Positions 22,490 to 32,323 of a DNA stretch of 36,039 nucleotides are shown here, in pieces. The stretch lies in NCBI GenBank assembly GCA_051294375.1, contig JBJCIZ010000326.1, forward strand, positions 1 to 36,039, written 5' to 3'. The stretch's first letter is position 1; every line of letters begins with the position of its first letter. The notes below the pieces were generated by a model. It made no database searches. It was not told the DNA's origin and worked only from the letters and a program-made list of their open reading frames with translations. The DNA comes from Paraspadella gotoi (taxonomy: Eukaryota > Animalia > Chaetognatha). Position numbers and translations under genes: made by a program.

Positions 22490-24628
22490 TAGAACACCAG
22501 ACGAGTCTTTGCTGGTGTCCAACTACACATCTCCAGGTGTATGGGTGCGAGTAGTCTAACAGTTTCCTTGTCCTGAAATGGCATGTGTCTTACAGTCGGT
22601 ACAGGATAATGATGGTGTATGTTTGATGGTCTTGAGAAGAACAGCAGGGGTTCTTGAGTGAGGTGGCTCAATTTTCAGTTCCATTAGTTTGGGAATATTC
22701 CTTTGGCTGGTTGAATGTTGATTTGCTTGTAAGTGGTGCACAAATGGGTTTTGCAAATCACGAAAAGGCGGTTTACAACCCGTAGGTTGAATGAGTATGG
22801 TCTGGGGCGTGGCTTAAAATGCTTTGGTTGGATATAAAGCTTTTTGTCAAATTGGGAAAAATCTGAAGCAAGGGAATTAATCTTTTCTTCTAAGGCTTTC
22901 ATTTGGGCATTTTGAGTGGGGCAAAACTTGAGGAGTCCCTGAACGATGTTGAGAGGGGTGAAATTTAGGTTTATTATTGTTAATGCAGCTCTCTCTACTT
23001 TGATTTTTGCTGTTATCTGAGATATTTTCTTTGGTTTCTTTGGCCTCATTTTTGTAAGTTGTAATTTTATTGTAACATTTTGGAATTTGCTGTTTCATTC
23101 TGGTCTTTTTTCTCTTGGGTATTAGCACTTAAACTTCGGTGGAAGAAAAGAAGTTCATCTAGTGTATCATTAAGAGCTTTAACCAGCCTGGATAAGTCTG
23201 GAATTTTGGTGCCATTTTCTACTGTGTGTGTCTCTGTTTGCGATGCTGAATTGGACATTGTTGGAGTTATATTTTCAGCTTCTGTTTGTGATGCAGAATT
23301 AGACCTTGCAGGTGTTGTTTTCATAACAGTTGGAAGTCAATAGTTTGTGTTTCTGCATCTTTTTTTTGTAGATGTTCTTAAGTAGCAGGTATCTCCTTGC
23401 TTGTATTCGGCTTTCTTCTTCTTCTCGTCTTTTAATTTATTTTTTTCATGGTGAACCTCTGCTTTTTTTCCTTTTGTTCCTCAGTTTGTTGTTCTGTTGT
23501 TCCTAGCTCCATTGAAAGGGGGTAGTGGAACATCTGATTGATTGCTGTTTTAATCCAGTCTTTCCACTTTATAAGATCTCTAGTGATGTCGGCATCATTG
23601 CTTCAGGGTCTTGGATCAGGCCGATCTTAACCATGTTTTTTTGCAATTTTAATTAAACAGTTTCTTCTTCTTGGCTGTCAGGCTGATGACTCTCAGATTT
23701 TAATCTAATAGACTGGTTTTCTAATGAAGGTAAGATATTCCTTTGGCGCCTTTTGAAACTTTCAAATGCTTTATTCCGAATCTTCTATTGCTTCCCCAAA
23801 AAACCTTTATGTAGATTTAAAAGAATGTCTTGAGTATCATCCTCCCTTTTGTAACAATTTAATGATTTTATAGTTTCATATAATACTTTAAATTGTTCGA
23901 GTGCCTTTCAGGCGAAGTTTCCACCAGTGCTGTAGAACAGGATTAGTGCTATCTTCCATTAGTGTCTTTAGGAAGGGTTGTGGCTATAAGATTTTCAATC
24001 ATCTCATATCTTGACTTGTATAATTTTTCAAATTCTTTCCAATTTATTTTTCATTCTCTTTCCACTTTTGAAAATCTTTATCTCTTTCTTTTTGCATTTG
24101 CTCTTCTTTTTCTTCTTCTATCTGTATTTTTCCTTCTCATTTCCTCTTGTTCAATTTCTTTTTCTTTTTCTTCCCTTTCTCGAGATAAGCGCTCAAATTC
24201 TGCTTTGAAAATCTTTCCATCTTCAATTTCATATAACATTTTATGTAGACATCATAATTCTTTTCTGGCCGGATTAAATAACATATTTTCAGATTTGTGG
24301 AGTTTGACTTTGATTGAATAGGTACAATGTCCATTTTCCAAGGTTGGGTTTTTGAATTCAACTGTGAGTCATATGAGGTACTTGGGCCCTAAATGAAAGT
24401 CGAGCCTCATGAGTTAATTTATTTTTGAATAGCTTAACTATTCCTGTGTGGCGGTCCATCAAATGTAGTAGGGGCAGAATAATACCTATAATATAGGTCG
24501 CATCTCTTAGAAATCATTTCATCTTCATTGGCTTGTGGCGTGGGAATAGAATAGGGTGGTGGGTGTGAGTAATAAGCCTGGAGGCCGCAGTTTCAAATTG
24601 GAACCTATTTTTTTACTGTTCTGGCCAT
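22490..24628 (-). pseudogene. Frameshifted coding region within the LTR element: MARTVKK start, E/K/R-rich coiled-coil, SNSASQTE duplication, Cys/His-rich C-terminal part
   Basis: Overlapping minus-strand ORF pieces (24137-24361, 23067-23324, 22684-23049, 22556-22756). Manual translation gives KAEFERLSREREEKEKEIEQEEMRRK. Confidence 0.5.
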
Positions 24629-25206
24629 TTTATTTAGAACGATTTGTTTTCAGTTTTTGTTTTGAGGGGTTCGAGAGGAGAGAGAGAGAGAGAGAGACGA
24701 TCGATGATCTTTTTCGATTTTCTCTAGGATTCGGTCAAGAGCGATGGACTGGGCAGCGAGGATTTTCGATTCGGTTTTCTTTGTTTGAAAGGGATGCTGG
24801 GTCACGTGACGACGTAGTCCAAAGCCACGAGGAAGGGAGAGCGTGGGAGATATAGAGTTTTTTTTTTTTTTTTGCTTGAATTTGAACGGGGGGGAACAGT
24901 TTGAAATTTAGGGAAATAGTACGTTTTTTTGGGGGGGGGGGGTGGAGGGGATTTTTAGTTTGATTTCGTTTTTTTTTTTTTTTTTTTTTTTTTTGTTGTT
25001 GTTGTTTTTTCTTCACTCAGGCTACGTTAGTACGCACTCCTGATTTCGCAAAAAAAGTGTTTTAATTTTAAAGTTATTTCAAATATCAAAAGGGGCAATT
25101 GAAGGAGAAAACTTTGTATTAATTTCTTTCTTTTTTGTTTGTTTATCTTTTTTTTGGATTGAAGGAATTTTCGGGAACGGGAGTTGACGTAATTTTTTTT
25201 GAGTAG

Positions 25207-25292
25207 GGTAGCGTAGTTTTTTCGAGTAGATAGCGTAGTTTTTTCAATTAAGTCTCTTCGGAGGAGTGGGGAGTCGAATCACGACGATGCCA
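25207..25292 (+). other. tRNA-Leu(AAG/TAG)-derived sequence forming an extended PBS of the LTR element
   Basis: AGTCTCTTCGGAGGAGTGGGGAGTCGAATCACGACGATGCCA (25251-25292) versus the canonical metazoan tRNA-Leu 3' half AGTCTCTTCGGAGGCGTGGGTTCGAATCCCACCGCTGCCA. GGTAGCGT (the tRNA-Leu 5' end) lies at 25207-25214. Confidence 0.75.
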
Positions 25293-25739
25293 ACACGTTG
25301 ACGTTTAGTCAAATAACGAGGGTAAATAATAAGTGGCAAAGTATTTGTTGACAATGGTTTTATTTAATGACGGACAATGCCATTAGGGTGATGACATAGG
25401 TAACGAATGACACGATCGACAAAGGTTAAGAACAAAGGTGATGACAATATTAAATGGTTCAATAATTATTAAAGAAGAAGAGTTCTTTCTTGAGTTTGGG
25501 TGTAGAGGTGAATGCTAGAGTTTCCTAGCATTTTGACCATCAATCCCTCGTCGGTTTCTCTGTCGGTCATTGGTCATGTCTAAGGTTGAAGTAAGGTCTG
25601 TGATTCCGTCGGCATTCTGATGATTCGTGAAGGAGACGAGCATCACCATGCACTAGGTCAACCAAGTTCGGCGTTTATAGGTCGCATTCGTTGATGATCT
25701 TATGCACAGCTAAAAAAATAATACAAGTTTCTGTCATTT

Positions 25740-26770
25740 TTAGTCGGTTCTGCTTATTAGCAGATCCCGACTCTATAATTCACTTTGTCGGTCCGTCGGT
25801 CCGCCCCCTCAATATTGTCGGGCACTAACTTATATCATGTCAGAACATCGAATTATGATAAATTATGCAAAAAAAATGATGTCCGTCCGTCCGTCCGTCC
25901 GTCCCACCTTAGCAAAAAATACCAATTACTCGTGATTGGATGGATGGATTTTAATAAAATTTTGTGTGTGGACAGGGAAGTGTGTGATTGAACTGTATAT
26001 GAAGTTTCGATGGAATCGTCCGAGTGGAAATGAGTTTAAATGGAAAAAAAATTAAATTTCACTATTTGAACACCAATTACTCAAGAGTGGATGGGGCGAT
26101 TGACCTGAAATTTTGTATTTGCATAGGAAAGTGTTTGAGCTGGAAATAAAGTTTCGATGGAATCTTTTGAGTGGAAATGAGTTTAAATGGAAAAAAAACC
26201 TGTTTCACTAATTGATTATGCTTCTTTTTCCTTTTATATTAAATGTAAATGAAGGATGTATTAATAAATCAAATAATTAATCAGTTAATTAATCAATTAG
26301 TCAATTAATTAATCAATAATTAATTAATTAATCAATCAATCCGTCCATCCGTCCCATCTTAGCAAAAAGCTCCATTAACTCGTGATAGGCTGGTTGGATT
26401 GGAAGGAAATTTTGTGTGTGGGTAGGACAGTGTGAGATGCAGCTGGATATAAAGTTTTGATGGAATCGTTCGAGTGGAAATGAGTTTAAATAAAAAAAAT
26501 ATGGGTCACATTTACTTGAATCTTTTTGTTTTCACGATCATGTTAGTCCTGCAATGTTACTTATTTTAACCCATATTACTCGAATTAATCATAATTGAAT
26601 TAATAGATTGAAAAGGAAAGTGTGTGAAGAAGCTAGATATAAAGTTTTGACGGAATTGTGCCTGTGGAAATGAGTTTAAATGGAAAAAACATAATTCACA
26701 TTTTCTTGAATCTTTTTTATTATAATTACTAATAAATGTTTTAATTAATTAATTAATTAATTAATTAGAA
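25740..26770 (-). mobile_element. HINE-like element, copy 5 (hairpin end present, several internal subrepeats)
   Basis: agtcggttctgct-tatt-agcagatcccgact hairpin. Very close to the reverse complement of copy 1. Confidence 0.78.
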
Positions 26771-27486
26771 AAATTATTACAAATTAAAAAAATATGCAAG
26801 TTTGAAAAAAATATACAAGTTGAAAAAATTATGCCCAAGTTGAAAAAATTATGCAAGTTGAAAAAAATTATGCAAGTTGAAAAAAATGATGCAAGTAAAA
26901 AAAATGATGTGAATTGTAAAAATGATGTAAATTGAAAAAATAAAACTTATGCTAGTTCTCCAACTAATGATATACTCGTGAATTATATTTATTAAATATT
27001 TAAAGTATAGTAAAGATTTTTTTGGTGTCACGGGGACACGGGGTATATGCACCAAAAGCATTGTATGGTTTTTACTTCTCTGTTAAAGTTTAAGTCAAAC
27101 AACCAAATATTAATCGAAATATGCCACATTTAATGTGACCTTAGTTCTGCATGGTCACGTGTCTACACAAGAATACATTGCACAAGAACCATTTCCAAAC
27201 ACCTTCATGAATTATGCCGCATAAATTTTCTGGTCATGTGATGGTTTTTTATGTGATCTATCTACCAAACATGACATTTTTTTATTGGTTCTGAGTTATG
27301 ACAGACAGAAAACTAAAATATATAATATATATTTCGTTTTTAATAATTTCATATTATGCACGCTCGTTGTGCAAATGCTTTGTATTGAATACAATAACGT
27401 CATGTCGCATCACTCACTTTTATTTCTCAAGTAGATGTTATGCGAAAATAAAATAAATGATCACAACGCTGGAACCGTTAACTTAC

Positions 27487-27689
27487 GAATTAAAATCTTT
27501 CAAATTAAAACAATCCAGTCCCGGTAAACTCATCCAAAATGTAGTAAAAACAATCCCAACTTCTAGTTCAATCACAGCAAAAAAAATGACATAGGCAATA
27601 ATACCAATTTTCTCCTTAAGGATATAAAAATCCATAACCCATCGAATAGAGTAGAAAAAATACAAAAAGAGTTGAATCAGCAATATTGC
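27487..27689 (-). CDS. Probable internal exon of a multi-pass membrane protein (AILLIQLFLYFFYSIRWVMDFYILKEKIGIIAYVIFFAVIELEVGIVFTTFWMSLPGLDCFNLKDFN)
   Basis: ttttttcaag acceptor and gtaagt donor. 203 nt with only one open frame (phase 0-2) and two hydrophobic segments. Confidence 0.6.
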
Positions 27690-30189
27690 CTTGAAAAAAT
27701 ATTAATTATATTGGAAATGAAAAATGTAAGGGACCTGGACTACAGACTGACGAAGAAAGGGGACGCCGGAGGTGAGAGACATCTCACCGACAGTCGGTGC
27801 TCATGGCTTTTGACGAGCTTGTCATACTTAGGAAGCCGTTATAGAAAAAGAATTATATTTTTATATCGATAGATGTGGAATGACGGGAATATTCGTAGAA
27901 ATCTCAAGTTTCAGCTTAATCGAGACCATCACATTGTGGAGAAATTTTAGGAAACCCATCAAAATTCCACCCCCTTTTTTTTTCAACATTCTCGCCTTTT
28001 AAGATTTTCGGCCGATTCTGACTTCCTCTTATCAAAACTTATAATTCCGCTAGTTAATTTTTTTTTCTTAAAGAGTGGAAGGGAATCCACAACTTTCTGT
28101 TATTTATATTGATCTGGGTAAAAAATATAATAAATTAACATTAACATTGGGATATTATGAAAGTGTAATATCTTATGAAGCCTGTGAGAGTTAAATAAAT
28201 TAAAAAGTTCGCTTATTTTATTATTGAAAAATAACATCAAGTGAAGAAGTTGATGGTCTTCGCGCTCATCTCAGTAAACATCCCGTTCTCTAGCATAAAA
28301 TAATGTTTACTTTTTGCTGGCGTGGAAAAGAAGATAAATACTTAGGCCTGTGATGGTGGTGAATAATATTTTGTAGAATTTTGTAAAAGCGATGCGCTTG
28401 TAAATCAGACAAGCAAATATTTTAATATGAAAAAAATTCACATTTTCTTTATCCAAAAAACTTTAAAGTTTACTAGAGTACAATTTAGACCTTTTTTCTT
28501 TCAGAATCATTAAAAAGAAGTTAAATTTTCATTTATTCTTATGGGGTGTCATTAGTTTTAAAATTCATTATAATTTTGACCTTAGTTTGACATTCACCCT
28601 GTAAGGAGGTTTCAGCATAAGTTAATTTAAAATTGTTATCTTGTATGTGCCCTATGATTATGGCTTCATTTTGGTACTATTACCATCCCTTTATCTTTAT
28701 TCCTTCAAAAGATATTAGGAAAAATCAGTTTTTTTTCTCAACCTTCCTTTTAATTTCTTTTAAATAAAAAATTTCGCGATTCAAACAGGACTATTTCATT
28801 TAAACCTGATCATTTTATGTCAAAATCATTATAAAATGAAAAAAGAAAAATAGGACAAGCTCTTCAGACACAAAGCTATCAAGTCGCGAAATTCGAAGTC
28901 GCTCATGTAACAGAGAACATATTGCAATCCCCGTTTGCAATTTTAAGTTTGTTAAACTTTCCCTTTCATTTCTATAGTAAAAATGAGGTTTGAAAATTCT
29001 CTGGAGATGAGTAGTGCATTTCCCCTGGCTTGTTTGAATATTAAATCCTTTATCAAATGCCATAAAACGAATAGGACAAGCTCTTCAGATGTAACGCTCT
29101 CGGAATCGTGCGTTTTTACAAGTGTTTTTTAAACCGACTTTCTGGCAAACGCGTTTGCAATTTGGGTAGTCAGATTTGAACGGAATTCTCTATTAGAAAA
29201 TGGTTGAATTTTTTTTTAAGCGAGATTCTCGTCTATCATACTATGACATAATCATTAAGCCGGGCCAGAATTCAATATTTTTGACAATTTAAAACAGTTT
29301 AAAATAAGTCTTATCTAATTTCATAACCGAATTGATTTGTCAATTTTCATATACAAATCTTTAAAATTTTAAAAAGTTGTATTACTAACCTAGGCAAAAA
29401 TCTTGCTTAAAAAAAATTCTATATTTTTCTAATAGAGATTTCCGTTCAAATCTGACTGCCCAACTTTACAAACGAGCCTTCAAGAAATTCCGGTAGAAAA
29501 CAGTTGTAAAAACACCCAATTCCGACAGCTTTGCATCTCAAGAGCTCGTTCCTTTCTTCTTGTGGAATTTGATAAAGATTTTACTATCAAACAAGCCAGG
29601 GAAAATGGACTTCTCGTCTCCAGAGGATTTTCATACCTCATTTTTACTATAGAAATGAAAGGGAAATTTCATTTTTTTAAAATTACAAACGGGATTAGAG
29701 TATGTTATCATTATAAATGGTACTTCGAATTATGAGATTCCAAAAGCCTTGTGTCCCTAGACCTCATTCTATTTTTCTTTTTATTATTGACCAATTTTTT
29801 CATATTAAACCAACATGGTAAAGTGAATTGGTCCAGTTTTCATCGCGAAATTTTTATTTAAAAAGAAATTAAAAGGAAGATTAAGAGAAAAAACTTATTT
29901 TTCCTAATATCTTTTGAAAGAACGAAGATAAAGGGATGGCAATTGTACCAAAATAAAGCCATAATCATAGGTAGGGATTAGCAGTATTCGACGAAATTTT
30001 TATTTTTCTATCGGCCGAAAAATAATAGGAAATTTGATTCCAAAAAACAAGGATTTTTGAAATATTTACTATATGGAAAATACTAAAAAGAAAAATTTTA
30101 TTTTTTATTTATATGTACTGTAAGGGTAAGTCCAACTAAAAACCGAAAAAGAATCTTTCAAATATAAAAAATATTGGAATAGTACAGAA

Positions 30190-30345
30190 AGCAATATTTC
30201 TTTTAATTGTTGCGCAAAAACTAGGCTTTCCTCGCAAAACCTCTGGTTACAGGAGATGCAAATGGGTTTTCTCTCAACAAATTGATCATTATTGATTCCC
30301 AAAAATGATGCGCAAAAATGCGCCAGCAGCAGTTCTGGCGATAGT
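30190..30345 (-). pseudogene. Possible BED-finger N-terminal remnant of a hAT (Charlie/Buster-like) transposase
   Basis: KPICISCNQRFCEESLVFAQQLKEIL resembles the PxCxxCxxxLxxESMKPSKLKRHL pattern and lies inside an 8-bp-TSD element. Confidence 0.45.
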
Positions 30346-30517
30346 CATTTTATATCATCTTTCCTATTGTATATTAAGGCCTATGAATCTTTATTATGTA
30401 TGAAACTCCTATAATATATTTATTATGATCTTAAGATTTATCATGCCTTTTTTCTGCCTACAACAATTCCTCCTTTGCTAAATATACATATTACCTATAA
30501 TTATTATAATGGGTAAT

Positions 30518-31181
30518 ATTATGGTGGACTAAAATCCACCAACCGTTCATCAGCGGCCCAATGGCCGGAGGCAAGACATTCGCCTCCAACAAGTCCGGGG
30601 TTCTAGCCCGGTGGTCGTCCTGGCAGTTAAGAGGGATGGGGCGCTAACCTGCCTGTAACATGGTGTTACAGCCTGATCCAAAGCTCAGGGACTGCTTATA
30701 TTGAACGGTCTTGTCACTAACACATAATAATAATTACGGTCTCTTCATTGGTGAGCCCGACTTCCGAACACAGACAGCGAACAACAACACTTCAGGCGAC
30801 AATGCTCAACCTGGCGATGCACTTTCCGCCCAACAACACATCAGGCGACATGCCTCAACTTGGTGACGAACTTTCCACCAACAAAACAATTCACTGAAGA
30901 GACGCAACAGACTTCTCCCAACGGGGGGGGGATGTATGGTGGACTAAAATTCACACCAACCGTTCATCCAGGCGCATTGGGTGCCGGAGGCAAACGACAT
31001 TCGCCTCCCAACCCAAAGGTCCGGGGTTCTAGCCCGGTGGTCGTCTGGCAGTTAGAGAGGACGGGAGCTGCGCTTAACCCGCCTGTAACGATGGTGTTAC
31101 AGCCTGATCCGAAAGCTCAGGACTGCTTATAATTGAACGGTTTCTGTTCATTAACACTTAATAATAATTACTGTCTCTTCA
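30518..31181 (+). mobile_element. TRIM family A: LTR 30518-30747, PBS 30749-30761, 185-bp interior, PPT 30923-30932, LTR 30933-31181; tRNA-like module in each LTR
   Basis: Direct repeats ending ctcttCA, and the 3' LTR starts TG. PBS TGGTGAGCCCGAC, PPT ggggggggga, possible ATAT TSD. B-box-like GGTTCTAGCCC. Confidence 0.88.
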
Positions 31182-31563
31182 ATATCTTTATTCATAGTCT
31201 TCTTTTTTAACTAAGTTTCAAATATAAACCTAAAGAACGATGTTGATCTACAATTCTCATATTTTTTAATAAAATTGGTCCACTGACTTTTATGTGGTTG
31301 ATCTTTGTTTTTTTTTTTTATCTATGATTTGAATATTTAATTTTTCGTATTTGTTTTTTTCTTTGATTTTAAAGAATCAAAACCAAAAGTAATCGACTTA
31401 GAATCGAAGATTGTAATAAAAATAAAAGAGAAAGAAAAGGGAGGAAAGGGAAAAGAGAGAGGATATAGTGGCGCAGTTTTACGTCATTTACGCCATTTCT
31501 ACGCCAAATCATCTTCAACTTAATAGCTTTATTTGGAAAATGAAAAAAAGTTTTTAACGCCAC

Positions 31564-32323
31564 TTGATGTCAGCAGCACTTAAAGTGCCTCACGCTGTAC
31601 CGTCCCTCACCTCGTCTCAATTGGTGAGCAGCTAAATCATCCACGCCATCCGTGCGTCCCGGGTTCAATTCCCTGGTTATCCCCGGGTTCTGGCTTAAAT
31701 GTGAACGGATGCCCGGTATAAACATGCCAGGACAGGCAGGCGGTCACTGAGGGTCCGCAGCCCACGAAAAGCAACAGTTGGTGAAGATACCCCGCGCCCG
31801 GGTATCACAGGCTATCCTCCCGTTGCCATAAGTGGTGAGCCCTACTCTCGAACACGCAACCGCGTGCGCACCGTGCGCCCATGCTTACGTCGCTTAGGGT
31901 ATGCATATCACGCCTATGCCCTACTTCTCTGGTAACGCTCCAGACTCGCTCGCTCGATCGCGCCCATTCGCTCTCACTACTGGGCAATGAGATCAAAACC
32001 TTCTCTCAGACATCCCTCAGGATTGAGGCCCCTGTGGAGAAGTCTCGGTGGGGGGATCCTGTGGCAAGCAAGACTTAAAGCTGCCTCACTGCTGTCCGTC
32101 CTCAAGCCTCGTCTCCAATGGCTGAGCAGGGCTAAATCATCTCATTCCATCCGTGCGTCCCGGGTTTCAATCCCTGGGTATCGCGGTTCTGGCTTAAATG
32201 TGACGGTGCCGGTATATAACATGCCAGTGGACAGGAGGCGGTCAGCTGCAGGCCGCAGCCCCCTACGCCAGTCTGGTGAATGATATCCCCCCCCGTATCA
32301 CAGGCTATCCTCCCGTTGCCATA
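31564..32323 (+). mobile_element. TRIM family B: LTR 31564-31830, PBS 31833-31845, PPT ~32047-32056, LTR 32060-32323; A/B-box-like module in each LTR
   Basis: Direct repeats with inverted termini TGTGGCAA…TTGCCATA. PBS TGGTGAGCCCTAC, TSD gccac/accac, and CCCGGGTTCAATTCCC at 31658-31673. Confidence 0.85.

Larger units (their letters stand above)
22060..25698 (-). mobile_element. Non-autonomous LTR retrotransposon (~400-bp LTRs at 22060-22457 and 25296-25698) with a broken ORF of unknown family
   Basis: Direct repeats. Minus-strand PPT agagaggggg abuts TGACATC at 22457. A tRNA-Leu-like PBS lies next to the 5' LTR. No RT, RH or IN motifs recognised in the 2.8-kb interior. Confidence 0.85.

Noticed and set aside
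30595-30655. Twister ribozyme (ccgg...ctagcccgg, taa-cctgc) in the family A LTR
   Set aside because: The pseudoknot pairings could not be built consistently. The hairpin is better explained as a tRNA T-arm closed by an acceptor stem. An Infernal search would settle it.
30860-32283. ORFs overlapping the TRIMs
   Set aside because: They cross PPT/LTR boundaries, are not preserved between LTR copies, and are expected by chance in GC-richer DNA.
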